DNA of 59,416 bases from Clostridia bacterium (GTDB lineage Bacteria > CBDUZB01 > JAGLHV01), in assembly GCA_030637025.1 (NCBI GenBank), contig DAOVVV010000014.1, positions 1 to 59,416 of the forward strand, read 5' to 3'. Numbering within the stretch: position 1 is the stretch's first letter; each line of letters opens with the position of its first letter. The notes under the pieces were generated by a model. That model did no database searches. It saw only the letters and a program-made list of their open reading frames with translations, and was not told where the DNA came from. Shown here piece by piece: positions 37,901 through 46,849 of this stretch. A program made the translations under genes and the position numbers.

Positions 37901-40209
37901 AGAATTTCTCTGGCTAATCTAAAATATTCATTAGCTGCTTTTGTTGCCAGGGCAGCCAAAGCTTTATTTCCCGCTTTATAATTTATCATTGATAAATGAT
38001 AAGTAGTTTTATTATCCAACACCCCGGGGCGCCCCAGATTTAAATGGTTAGCTATGGAAAAAAAATTATCCAGTTTTTCCAAATCCGTTCCTTCCGGGAT
38101 AACTGATAATAGGTGATTTCCTATATCCCAATGTATTCTAACCCTTTTTTCAGAATCAATTTTATTCAAAATGGCTTCCTGCACCCGATCGTGAACAAAC
38201 TGCAAATCATTTTTATTTTCCATCAAAAGGCCCTGTACTAATGTGAGCTTTAAAATCTCAAAAGTATTTACTAAGGGGACTTCTTTAACCATTGAAATAT
38301 CAGTGGGTGAAAAAAGATTACCCATACAAGCACAATATTCAAGTAAGTCTCTAGTCAAAAAAGGTAATTTCTGCATTTTAGCACTAAAAAGAGCTACTAC
38401 AGTAGACGGCATATTTGTTTCTCTTATTTTATTAAAATCCCATTGCCAATGTTGACTTTCATCTAAAAAAATCAAATTTTCATTATGAAGATAAGATAAA
38501 ATCTCACTTACGAATAAAGGATTTCCTTCTGAAAGGTCGGTGATGAAAATAGATAATTCTTCATTTTGAGCAAGAGGCGAATCAAGAATATAAGCTACCA
38601 TCTCATGACAATATTTGTGTTCCAACGGTACCAGTTCAATTTGTTGAAGCGGTTGCTTGTTTTCTTTAATTTTTTGTATCAACCGTAGTAAAGGATGACC
38701 GGTCTTTACTTCATTGTGACGATAAGCTCCAATAAAAAAAAGATAGCTGTAATCCCGGCAATTATTAAAGACACTCTCTAAAAAATCAAAAGTAGCTGTA
38801 TCACACCACTGAAGGTCATCAATAAATAAAATAAGAGGGTTTTCCCGGCTGGCCAAACAACTTAAAAATTTACCAAAAAGGTCATTAAACCGATTTTTTG
38901 ATTCCACCGGGGGAAGCAATTTAACTTCCGGCTGAGACCCAATCAATATTTCCAATTCCGGAATAACATCGGTTATAATTTTAGCATTTGATCCTACAAC
39001 CTTAATGATTTTCTCTTTCCAGATTTTAACCCGGGCATCACTTTCGGTTAATAATGTTCTGATTAAATTAGATAAACTTTGAATAAGTGCACTATAAGGA
39101 ACTTTCTTTTGATAAAGATCGAATTTTCCGGAACTAAAATAACCCCTCTGTTCAATAATCGGCTTTTGCAGTTCCTGAATCAACCTGGTCTTTCCAATAC
39201 CCGGTAATCCGGAAACAAATAAAGAACGAAAAAAACCCTGTGTTACCTGTTGATATTCATTCAGAATTGTTTTTACTTCATTCTTGCGGCCTACCATTTT
39301 TGAAATAAAGGTAACCCTCCAGGCATAAGTATCGCTGCCCAGAGCAAAGTCAGCAATAGTTCCCCCATCCAGATATTGATCACGGCATTGTATAATATCT
39401 GCCAGCAGTATCTTCCCACTCTGATAACGTTTTTCCGGCTGTTTGAGAATCAACTTAGCCACTATCTTACTTATCATTTTAGGAATTCGAGGATTCAACT
39501 CGCTAATATATAAAGCTTCTTCTGCCAGATGAGAATGAATTAATTCCAAAGGATCAAGCGAAAAAAAAGGAAGTTTGCCGGTTAATAATTCATAAAAAAT
39601 AATCCCTAAGGAATAAAGGTCGGAAGAAAATTCCACCCGGTGATTTATCCGGCCGGTTTGTTCCGGAGAAGTATAAGCCAGGGTTCCTTCAACAAATGAA
39701 CGGTCATAAATAAAGTGACTTACTTCCCTGACGTCTATGGAAGAGATAAAATCTATTAATCGAATTTCCAGTGTCTGAGGATTAATTAATATATTATGCG
39801 GCTTAACGCCCCCATAAATAATACCCGCTTCATGGACTTTATTTAATGCCTGAGTTAAAGGGCAACTTATTGCAAAAAAATCTTCCAAAGAAACTTCATC
39901 TTGAGTTGAGGCCCATTCATTAAGCGGAATACCGTCAAAATAATCCCGAACAATAAAAGGAATATTATTCTTAATTTCAAAAGATAAAGGCTTTACCAGC
40001 ACAGGATCTTTTAAAACTTTTAACCGTTCAATTTTTTGCCGGAAATGTATTTTTCGATGTTCGGGAAGATAACTAACTTTTAAAATCTTTAAAACCAATA
40101 GTTTCTCAGGGTCTTTTTTATTAAAAACTTTATAAATAATTGATTGGGTGTCTTCTCTAAGTTTCCGGACAATTTCATAATTGGAAATAGATATCTTTTT
40201 TTCGTTCAT
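34933..40209 (-). CDS. Multidomain Ser/Thr-kinase-like / AAA ATPase / GAF / histidine kinase
   Basis: GTLAYTSPEQTGR, SDLYSLG, GLPGIGKT, FIDDLQW, GILYLEN, SHEIRNPL, DTGAGI, GFGFGL. Confidence 0.9.
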   Translation of the reverse strand: MNEKKISISNYEIVRKLREDTQSIIYKVFNKKDPEKLLVLKILKVSYLPEHRKIHFRQKIERLKVLKDPVLVKPLSFEIKNNIPFIVRDYFDGIPLNEWASTQDEVSLEDFFAISCPLTQALNKVHEAGIIYGGVKPHNILINPQTLEIRLIDFISSIDVREVSHFIYDRSFVEGTLAYTSPEQTGRINHRVEFSSDLYSLGIIFYELLTGKLPFFSLDPLELIHSHLAEEALYISELNPRIPKMISKIVAKLILKQPEKRYQSGKILLADIIQCRDQYLDGGTIADFALGSDTYAWRVTFISKMVGRKNEVKTILNEYQQVTQGFFRSLFVSGLPGIGKTRLIQELQKPIIEQRGYFSSGKFDLYQKKVPYSALIQSLSNLIRTLLTESDARVKIWKEKIIKVVGSNAKIITDVIPELEILIGSQPEVKLLPPVESKNRFNDLFGKFLSCLASRENPLILFIDDLQWCDTATFDFLESVFNNCRDYSYLFFIGAYRHNEVKTGHPLLRLIQKIKENKQPLQQIELVPLEHKYCHEMVAYILDSPLAQNEELSIFITDLSEGNPLFVSEILSYLHNENLIFLDESQHWQWDFNKIRETNMPSTVVALFSAKMQKLPFLTRDLLEYCACMGNLFSPTDISMVKEVPLVNTFEILKLTLVQGLLMENKNDLQFVHDRVQEAILNKIDSEKRVRIHWDIGNHLLSVIPEGTDLEKLDNFFSIANHLNLGRPGVLDNKTTYHLSMINYKAGNKALAALATKAANEYFRLAREILPEDCWATHYEETFKIYQKAAKTELMCGNYDNSEKLINQLLDNAKTDLDKAECLAEQTTSLSSIGNFIKAIEIANRGLAYFNKKIPVNSRKADRKREQLMKEIETKDIDIWKTILNMPFTQDRRGKIELSFYSELIPDLYMSGFVEQLYLSAVQSTQQCLAGIMDESVIYSFSIMGLYLAEKGEFEKAFKYEDLARNLCEKYPNTFGATRGMNGIVWCNMHSRSHPEDIVDYCLKSIQCGKNSGDLYNAGLSYGPLMWNLQVQGADFLKIQEYARECLEFSNKYHLYFSVHLAEAMQASWVEPMKKDYIPVSMEKKLKQWEKENHIASVGSYYVHMAFSCYYFGEYKKAEEFLQKVKDYLTGLTDNVLKRQWHIFLVLNALRLHERGIKYKDKEKLISYIQPLIKKIEKWASLGPLLKAYLVFVYAEKERVVGDLREARNLYFDAISLACQYRYTFLEGYLNECLGEFIADLSDFAKICPRYKECQKKRPHCDRWWICTPEEEYIKAKPHYEDLRGSFLREAIRLYKKCHAEQKEICLKEKYSEHFKEDLPVLLPAPLESVPVLPNIDVNYLMKSCLVIPAETEENVILHKIMNVVLESSGAQHGYLIMEENGDLIIRAESHILEKNVVKTINQKVEDFPDICHAIVRYVYRTKEMILLENASEKGPFKNNPEVQEMKLKSVLCLEIVKQNKLVGILYLENRLSDSIFTAERIDLTKLFTYQAAISLDNARLLERMKQTEAVLKRHREHLEEMVEQRTRQLRKTREDLLVAGRLATLGQLAGSISHEIRNPLSIINTSAYYLKMKLGTADEGLRKHIEFIEAEVKKSALIIDSLLSLSGMKDPHKEKINLIEVINYTIDSSEVLSKVKIIKNIPVEEIFINADKEQLYMAFNNIIKNAVESMSDDGGVLNIDVFRQADKQVEISFIDTGAGIDPECVDKIFKPLFSTKTRGFGFGLSICKMIFEKHKGGIKIKSKVGRGTEVIITLPLA

Positions 40210-40293
40210 TATTCCAATCTATCCTTTTTTTTAAATTGAGTTCTAATTCATCAAGTACTATTTCAATCTTTAAATTATTATTCCGCTTGAATT

Positions 40294-40662
40294 TCACACT
40301 AACAATGCTTTTTCAATCATCACTTTTAAATCATCTACATTAAAGGGTTTTTGCATAAAAGCAAAAGCACCATCATCAATTGCTTTATCCGAATTTTTTA
40401 TAGAACTAAAACCGGTCAAAATAATTACTATTATTTTCTCATTTATTTTTTTTATTTCCTTTAATAAATCTAACCCCGACCCATCGGAAAGCTTAATATC
40501 GACCAGAGCTAAATGATAAAGATTTTCTGTTATTTCTTTTTTTGCTTGAGCAATACTTTCAACAGCAGTTATCTTATAACCTTCTTCTTCTAATATTAGA
40601 CCCAGAATCTCACTATTTCTGGCATCATCATCTACAATAAGAATATTAATGTTTTTCTTCAT
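40294..40662 (-). CDS. Single-domain response regulator
   Basis: ILIVDDD, LVDIKLSDGSG, LTG, QKPF. Confidence 0.9.
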   Translation of the reverse strand: MKKNINILIVDDDARNSEILGLILEEEGYKITAVESIAQAKKEITENLYHLALVDIKLSDGSGLDLLKEIKKINEKIIVIILTGFSSIKNSDKAIDDGAFAFMQKPFNVDDLKVMIEKALLV

Positions 40663-40711
40663 TTTTATTTTATTCTTCCTCTTTCTAAACTACTCGCTAC
40701 AACTTACTTGC

Positions 40712-40820
40712 CCATGAACCACTCGTTTGTCTCGGGTACATGGTTAAAGAATGGTACATGGACACAAACTTTTTAACAATACATTCTGCCATGAACCACT
40801 CGCTACGCTCGGGTACATGG
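40712..40820. repeat. Two 32-bp palindromic repeats downstream of the tRNA
   Basis: CCATGAACCACTCG....CTCGGGTACATGG at 40712-40743 and 40789-40820. Confidence 0.8.
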
Positions 40821-40845
40821 CTCTCCGCCACAAACTGAAAGTTTG

Positions 40846-40935
40846 TGGCGGAGAGAGAGGGATTTGAACCCCCGGTAGCCTTTCGGCTACACTGGTTTTC
40901 AAGACCAGCGCCTTCAACCACTCGGCCATCTCTCC
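40846..40935 (-). tRNA. tRNA-Ser(TGA) with encoded CCA
   Basis: GGAGAGA acceptor stem, anticodon arm CTGGT-CTTGAAA-ACCAG, long variable arm GTAGCCGAAAGGCTAC, GGTTCAAATCC, G73-CCA. Confidence 0.95.
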
Positions 40936-40936
40936 A

Positions 40937-41257
40937 TTAACCCTCTTCTTTTTTTGCACTAATCTGAGCCCATCGTCCTCCTGTTTTTTTCCAGCCTTCC
41001 ATTTTAAAGTGCACAGATCTTACTTGAGGAATAGCCAATATTGCTAATTCTAAATTTTTAAGAATACCCATTACGACCGTCAGAACACCGGCATCATCCT
41101 GCCCCTTACCGGTAAAAGTTAAAACTCCTTTTAAATTAACCACCCCTTTGACTGTACTAATTCTGAGTTTACCCGGATCTATCCACCGTTTTACTAACTC
41201 TCTTTTGACTGCAGTATTGATTTTCCAGTCATCTTTTACACTTGTAGGACCTGCCAT
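40937..41257 (-). CDS. Hypothetical protein, possibly BON-domain-like
   Basis: SD GGAGG; DWKINTAVKREL..LRISTVKGVVNLKG..IPQVRSV. Confidence 0.65.
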   Translation of the reverse strand: MAGPTSVKDDWKINTAVKRELVKRWIDPGKLRISTVKGVVNLKGVLTFTGKGQDDAGVLTVVMGILKNLELAILAIPQVRSVHFKMEGWKKTGGRWAQISAKKEEG

Positions 41258-41275
41258 AATGCATATACCTCCTTT

Positions 41276-42538
41276 TTAAACAATTTCTTTTCCACAGCGT
41301 GATTCTAAAACTTTGGGAATTTTCACACTGCCGTTTTTTTGTTGATAATTTTCTAAAATCGCGGCAAAAGTTCTTCCTATAGCTAATCCTGAACCGTTTA
41401 AAGTATGTACTAATTTGAGCTTTTTACCCTGGGGTTCTTTATATTTTATATTCATCCTCCGGGACTGAAAATCAGTAAAATTAGAACAGGAGGAAATCTC
41501 TCTCCACCGTTTTTCCCCCGGCATCCAGACCTCAATATCATAAGTTTTTGCCGAACTAAATCCCAAATCACCGCTACAGAGAATTATTATCCGATACGGT
41601 ATTTCCAATAACTGCAAAACTTTTTCTACATCCGCTAATAATTTTTCCAATTCCTTTTCCGAATTTTCCGGCTTTACTAATTTTACTAATTCTACTTTAT
41701 TAAATTGATGATTTCTGATTAATCCTTTAGTATCTTTACCGTAAGAACCCGCTTCCCTGCGAAAACAAGGAGTATAAGCAACATAATTTAAAGGTAATTC
41801 TCCCTGGGAAATAATTTGACCCCGATACATATTGGTCAAAGGCACTTCTGCCGTAGGGATAAGATACAAATCGTCATCCCTGCATTTGTATAATTCTTCT
41901 TCAAATTTCGGCAATTGCCCCGTCCCCCGCATAGTCTCCGCAGTAACCATAAAAGGCGGCATTACTTCCTCATATCCCTCTTCAATATGTAAAGTAAGCA
42001 TAAAATCAATCAATGCCCGTTCCAATAAAGCCCCTTTCCCTTTTAAAAAAGAAAATCTACTCCCGGATAATTTAGTAGCAATATTAAAATCAAGAATATT
42101 TAAACCTGTCCCGATTTCCCAATGTTCTCTTGCCTGGAAATCAAAAACTCTTTTCGTCCCCCATTCTTTAATTATTTTATTATCCTGCGCATTACTTCCT
42201 ACCGGCACAGAACTATCCGGAAGGTTGGGAATGATAAAAAGAACTTTTTTTATTTTCTCTCTTATTTCTCTAATCTTTTGATCTAACTCTTTAATATTTA
42301 CCCCTATTTTTTTCGTTTCCAGGGTTACGGCTGCTATATCCTCGCCTTTTCTTTTTAACACTGCTACCTGATTAGATATTTCTTTGCGCTGATGTTTTAG
42401 CTTTTCTACTTCGGTTAAAAATTCCCGACTGGTTTTATCCTGTGATAAAAGTTCTTCCAGAAAAATAGTCTCCTTTCTATCCTTTAAGCCCTTTTCCACT
42501 TTTTGTTTGTTTTCCCTGATAAATTTTAAATCCAACAC
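41276..42538 (-). CDS. serS: Serine--tRNA ligase
   Basis: MLDLKFIREN, GTGQLPKF, LIPTAEVP, FRREAGSYG, EISSCSN, TLNGSGLA. Confidence 0.97.
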   Translation of the reverse strand: MLDLKFIRENKQKVEKGLKDRKETIFLEELLSQDKTSREFLTEVEKLKHQRKEISNQVAVLKRKGEDIAAVTLETKKIGVNIKELDQKIREIREKIKKVLFIIPNLPDSSVPVGSNAQDNKIIKEWGTKRVFDFQAREHWEIGTGLNILDFNIATKLSGSRFSFLKGKGALLERALIDFMLTLHIEEGYEEVMPPFMVTAETMRGTGQLPKFEEELYKCRDDDLYLIPTAEVPLTNMYRGQIISQGELPLNYVAYTPCFRREAGSYGKDTKGLIRNHQFNKVELVKLVKPENSEKELEKLLADVEKVLQLLEIPYRIIILCSGDLGFSSAKTYDIEVWMPGEKRWREISSCSNFTDFQSRRMNIKYKEPQGKKLKLVHTLNGSGLAIGRTFAAILENYQQKNGSVKIPKVLESRCGKEIV

Positions 42539-42707
42539 CTTGCTCTCTCCTAAAATAATTTATATTTTTTCAATTTATAAATCACAACAAGTCCCGAATA
42601 TATCTACTCAATACTTTGATTAGACTCAGTACAAGTTCATTGAGCGACTACAAACTTTTTGTTTTATCGATGAACTGTCTTTTCCGACTCTCTTTTTCTT
42701 TTATATT

Positions 42708-42985
42708 TTAACCAATCCAACGAATAAAACCAATCTAAACTAATTCCACCGTCTTTAATCTAAATCCCCCTACAAAGGGGGAACATTGTTTTGTCTTTAT
42801 TTTTTATTCTTTTGTCTTTATCTGTTATCTGTAATCTATGGACTAATTTTTGTCTTGAGTTCTTTAACTTTGTGCCTCTGTGCCTTGATGCCTTTGTGCC
42901 TGTCTTTGTCTGTAATCTGTGGACTATGGACTGTCGACTATGGACTTTTGTTTCTTTTTTTAATCTATGGATTATCTGATGCCTT
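42708..42985. repeat. Mosaic repeat block (9-mer, 8-mer TGCCTTTG, 7-mer TGGACTA, C/G hairpin)
   Basis: 9-mer at 42708-42755; 8-mer at 42873-42904; 7-mer at 42916-42945. Confidence 0.85.
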
Positions 42986-43086
42986 TTCTCTTGTCATTTA
43001 CGGTTTTTATTATACTATATAAAGCAAGATAAAACAAGAAAATCTCCAATAGTTTTTAAAGTTTTCTTTACCCCTTTAACTTTATT

Positions 43087-43851
43087 TTACTCTTCTATTA
43101 CTAAATTCATTCCATCATAAGCAGCAATAACCCTCGTTTTTAATTTTTCTTCCAGATGTTTTGCTACTTTATAGGGATTAGCTTTAAGCATTGACATTCC
43201 GAAATGAGTAAGAATAGTTATTTTGGGTTTACGATTAATGATGATTTTTTCTACATCATCAACACTTAAATGTTTAATCTTTTTTTTCTCTTCATAACGA
43301 ACAACATTAATTACCAGAATTTCTCCAGGATAAAATTTTTCCAGATTATCAAAATAAAGAGTGTCGGCAATAAGAGAAAGAAGAACTTTATTTTTTTCTT
43401 CAAAATTTAATCCATAAGCTTCTACACCATGAATGTGTTCTACCGGGGTATTAAACACCAAATTGCCTACTTTGTATTTCTTTCCTTTTTTTAAAAGCTC
43501 AATTTTTTCTACATAATTTCGTATGTATTTCAAAATTACCGGATCTTCTTCCAAAGCATCCCGGGGAACAAAAACCGTTCCTCTTTTTTTAAATCCCCCC
43601 TCAGTCATTGCTTCAATCATTATATTTATATCCGTAGAATGATCTATGTGCCGATGGGTAAGAATAATGGCATCGATTTTTGCCGGGTCAAGACGAGGCC
43701 TGCTGGAAAAACATTTAACCAGGGTTCCCGGACCCGGATCTACCACAATGTTTGTCCCTTCCCATTCAATCCATAAACCTCCTGAAGCCCGTAGTTGTTT
43801 TGCAACTACAAATCGGGCTCCCGCCGTACCTAAAAACTTTATTTTTTTCAT
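43087..43851 (-). CDS. MBL-fold metallo-hydrolase
   Basis: FLGTAG, VDPGPG, THRHIDH, ADT, LTHFG. Confidence 0.9.
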   Translation of the reverse strand: MKKIKFLGTAGARFVVAKQLRASGGLWIEWEGTNIVVDPGPGTLVKCFSSRPRLDPAKIDAIILTHRHIDHSTDINIMIEAMTEGGFKKRGTVFVPRDALEEDPVILKYIRNYVEKIELLKKGKKYKVGNLVFNTPVEHIHGVEAYGLNFEEKNKVLLSLIADTLYFDNLEKFYPGEILVINVVRYEEKKKIKHLSVDDVEKIIINRKPKITILTHFGMSMLKANPYKVAKHLEEKLKTRVIAAYDGMNLVIEE

Positions 43852-43907
43852 TTATCCTCTATCCTCCCGTAAATTTTTTAAAAATCATAGTTTTAAATTG
43901 GCTTTAT

Positions 43908-43936
43908 ATTATACTGTACCCAAAATCAAAAAGCAA
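43908..43936 (-). promoter_or_regulatory. Putative sigma70 promoter for the MBL gene
   Basis: TTGCTT-17 nt-TATAAT. Confidence 0.6.
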
Positions 43937-43937
43937 G

Positions 43938-44283
43938 GGGTTAAAAGACGATGCATTAGTTTTATTGGTTTAGATTATTTTAAATTGGTTAGAAAAAATA
44001 AAAGAAAAAGACGGTTAAAAGACGGTTCAATTGGTTTAGATTGATTTTATTCGTTGGATTGGTTAAAGACAAAAGATATAAAGACGGTTAAAAAACGGTG
44101 CATTGGTTTTATTGGTTTAGATTAGTTTAGATTGGTTAGAAAAAAATAAAAGAAAAAGACGGTTAAAAGACAGTTCAATTGGTTTAGATTAGTTAAAAGA
44201 TAAAAGAAATTAGTTTTAAAAAAATTTGAAGTTTGCTTGTCCGCCAGTCAGTGAGACGGGAAGTTGGAATTTGGGAGTTTGAA
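43938..44283. repeat. Array of 9-mer (ATTGGTTTA) modules with AAAGACGGTT linkers, then a heptamer run with a nested palindrome
   Basis: Four modules in a higher-order duplication of about 145 bp; inverted relatives at 42708 and 57514. Confidence 0.85.
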
Positions 44284-44422
44284 AAGATAGTTACCCTGGT
44301 TATTAATAATAAAAAAGAAATTATTGTTTAATAATAAAATTTCTTGTATAATCGTTATTGTTCATCATTTAATGGATATAATCATTCTTTCATCTAAATC
44401 AATAATAAGGAGTACAAGTTTT

Positions 44423-44785
44423 ATGTCACCTATTTGTCTTTATTTAATAATAGGCTTGCTGGCAGGAAGTTTAAGTGGATTGCTGGGTATTGGCGGTGGA
44501 ACTATCATTATCCCTATTCTCATTTATTTATTCGGACTAAGTCAACATCAAGCTCAGGGAACAACCTTAGCTCTTATGGTCCCCCCTATTGGATTACTTG
44601 CTGCCTGGCATTATTACCGTAACGGAAACGTAAATATTTATATGGCTTCTTACATCTGTATTGGTTTTCTTATCGGAGGATTAATCGGTGCTTTCCTGGC
44701 TCATTCCATATCCGCTATAATCTTAAAAAGAATATTCGGCGTTTTTCTTTTGATCATTAGCATTAAAATGATTATAGGACGGTAA
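44423..44785 (+). CDS. TauE/SafE (TSUP) family membrane protein, half-size
   Basis: GLLGIGGGTIIIP, QHQAQGTTLA; SD AAGGAG at 44407 supports start 44423. Confidence 0.85.
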   Translation: MSPICLYLIIGLLAGSLSGLLGIGGGTIIIPILIYLFGLSQHQAQGTTLALMVPPIGLLAAWHYYRNGNVNIYMASYICIGFLIGGLIGAFLAHSISAIILKRIFGVFLLIISIKMIIGR

Positions 44786-44791
44786 AAACCA

Positions 44792-44820
44792 TTGACATTT
44801 ATTACCTTTTTTAGTATACT
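44792..44820 (+). promoter_or_regulatory. Near-consensus sigma70 promoter for the PKS-like cluster
   Basis: TTGACA-17 nt-TATACT. Confidence 0.7.
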
Positions 44821-45022
44821 TAAAATTAGTTTAAATATATTTAACCTAATCTCTTTCTTTATTATGATAAATGATTTTGTTGTTCCTTAGATTTGTTCCG
44901 GGAAAAAAATTATATTTTTTTTAAAATTTTTGTTCAGTAAAAATAAAAAATGTCCACTAATACAATAATAAGGGAAAATCCCCTTAAGCCTTCCTATAAA
45001 AAATACCCCCGGAGGATAAAAT

Positions 45023-45466
45023 ATGACCAAACTGGAAAATTCTATTATAATTAACGCTGACTTAGAAAAAATTTATCAACTTGCCCAGGCAGTAGAAAAA
45101 TATCCTGAATTCATTCCCGAATATAAAGAAAGCAAAATTATAGGTCGTGAAAATGGAAAAATAATAATAGCAAGAGCAGCTTTAATTAATCAACACCTCA
45201 TGCGATGGAAATCTAAAGTCTGGTTCAGTCCTAACAAATCAATAGAGTTTGAACAGATAGAAGGCAAATTAAAAGGTATGCAAGTCAAATGGACTTTTGA
45301 ACAAATTCCCGGCGGAACAAAAGTAACTATTCTTCATTTGTTTAAATTAAATATCCCCCTTATCGGTTGGTTTTTGGAAAAACTTGTTGCCCGTCCCCGT
45401 ATAGAAAAAACGGCCAGGAATGTGTTAATATCTCTAAAAAAAAGAATAGAACAAATAGGGTACTAA
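45023..45466 (+). CDS. SRPBCC / polyketide cyclase-aromatase family protein
   Basis: SIIINA..IYQLAQAVEKYPEFIP, IEFEQIEG, WTFE..GGTKVT. Confidence 0.85.
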   Translation: MTKLENSIIINADLEKIYQLAQAVEKYPEFIPEYKESKIIGRENGKIIIARAALINQHLMRWKSKVWFSPNKSIEFEQIEGKLKGMQVKWTFEQIPGGTKVTILHLFKLNIPLIGWFLEKLVARPRIEKTARNVLISLKKRIEQIGY

Positions 45467-45552
45467 AGGTCTGAGAAATTATATGTCTCCATTTTAATTT
45501 AAAGAATCTATTCTGAGAATAAACCATTAGTTAAAAAATTAGGAGAAAATAT

Positions 45553-46848
45553 ATTCAATACCGTAAGGAAGTACAAACTTCTTTTCTTTTACCTTTAGGT
45601 AAAAATAAACAACTTTACCGACAAAACAAAAAGCGGGTAGTAATTACCGGATTAGGGGTAATCGCCTCTAACGGAATCGGTAAAGAAGAATTCTGGAAAA
45701 ACTTATTAGCAGGCCAACCGGGAATTAAAAAATTAACCCGGTTTAATTCTGAAGCAGAAAACAATCAAATTGCCGGAGAAATACAAGGATTTGATGCTTT
45801 AGCATACTTTAAAGCAAAAGAGATAAGACACACCGACCGTTCTAACCGATACGCGCTCGCTGCTGCTTTGATGGCTCTGGAAGACAGCCAACTGGAAATT
45901 GAAAAAGAAAACAGACAAAAAATCGGCAGTATAATCGGCAATGCCGTTTGCGGAGTAGAATTTGCTGATAAAGAATTAGCTATCCTCAGAAAGTTCGGAC
46001 CAAAAAGAGGCAGTCCTTTTTTATCCGTTGCTTTTTTTCCCTGCGGAACCGGTGGATTACTTTCTATCCGCCTGGGAATAAAAGGAGAAACACTAACAGT
46101 ATGTAACGGCAATACTTCCGGAAGTGATGCACTGGGAATGGCTTACCGAATAATTCAGGAAAGCAAAAATGAAATAATGTTTGCCGGAGGAACAGAAGCA
46201 CCTTTAATTCCTGCTTTTTTCTATTCCCTTAATAAATTAGGTGTATTGTCTCAAAAAGGAAGCCGTCCTTTCAATCAGGATACCGACGGTTTTGTTTTAG
46301 CAGAGGGAGCAGGAATTCTTGTTTTAGAGGAACTTCAACATGCTTTGCAGCGTAAAGCAAATATATACTGTGAAATTGTAGGTTTCAAAAGCACTAACAG
46401 TGCTCATCATTCATTTCATGCGGATAGAAAAGGGACAGAAATGCAAAGAGCAATTAAAGAAACGATTAACGAAGCGAAGATACAAAGTAAAGATATAGAC
46501 TATATAAATATCCATGGACTATCTCTTAAAGAATATGATATAATGGAGATGAATTCTATAGAATTCATATTCAAAGGAAAAAATGATACTTCCTTAATCA
46601 GTACTATTTCTCCGATAACGGGAAACACTTTAGGTGCACAAGGAGCATTACAGGGGGTAACATCAGCTCTGGCTATCAAAAACAAGACTATTCCTCCTTT
46701 AATCAATTGTGATTTGCCTTATTCCAAAGATAGTTCCAAATGTTTAGTCAGGAAAATTTGCAAAAGGAATATTAATTTTGTCTTACAAACTTCTTGCTGC
46801 TTTATGGGAAAAAATTCCTGCTTGTTACTAAAAGATTATCGGGGATAA
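45553..46848 (+). CDS. Non-catalytic ketosynthase (chain-length-factor-like); start uncertain, possibly ATT at 45553
   Basis: Frame open from 45535; KRVVITGLGVIASNGIG lies upstream of the track's start 45868; active-site Cys to Asn (CNGNTSG); second His to Asn (GNTLGA). Confidence 0.75.
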   Translation: MQYRKEVQTSFLLPLGKNKQLYRQNKKRVVITGLGVIASNGIGKEEFWKNLLAGQPGIKKLTRFNSEAENNQIAGEIQGFDALAYFKAKEIRHTDRSNRYALAAALMALEDSQLEIEKENRQKIGSIIGNAVCGVEFADKELAILRKFGPKRGSPFLSVAFFPCGTGGLLSIRLGIKGETLTVCNGNTSGSDALGMAYRIIQESKNEIMFAGGTEAPLIPAFFYSLNKLGVLSQKGSRPFNQDTDGFVLAEGAGILVLEELQHALQRKANIYCEIVGFKSTNSAHHSFHADRKGTEMQRAIKETINEAKIQSKDIDYINIHGLSLKEYDIMEMNSIEFIFKGKNDTSLISTISPITGNTLGAQGALQGVTSALAIKNKTIPPLINCDLPYSKDSSKCLVRKICKRNINFVLQTSCCFMGKNSCLLLKDYRG

Positions 46849-46849
46849 A

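Noticed and set aside
40821-40855. Prophage or island att site at tRNA-Ser
   Set aside because: The duplicate is inverted and adjacent; no integrase and no distant direct repeat seen
40697-40959. Short minus-strand ORFs of 74 and 71 aa
   Set aside because: They overlap the tRNA-Ser gene and adjacent repeats
42735-42760. T-box leader upstream of serS (GGTGGAAT on the minus strand)
   Set aside because: Lacks the GGTGGNACC consensus and stem I; it is part of a 9-mer module linker
42786-43022. Two short plus-strand ORFs
   Set aside because: Translations of 7- and 8-mer repeat DNA
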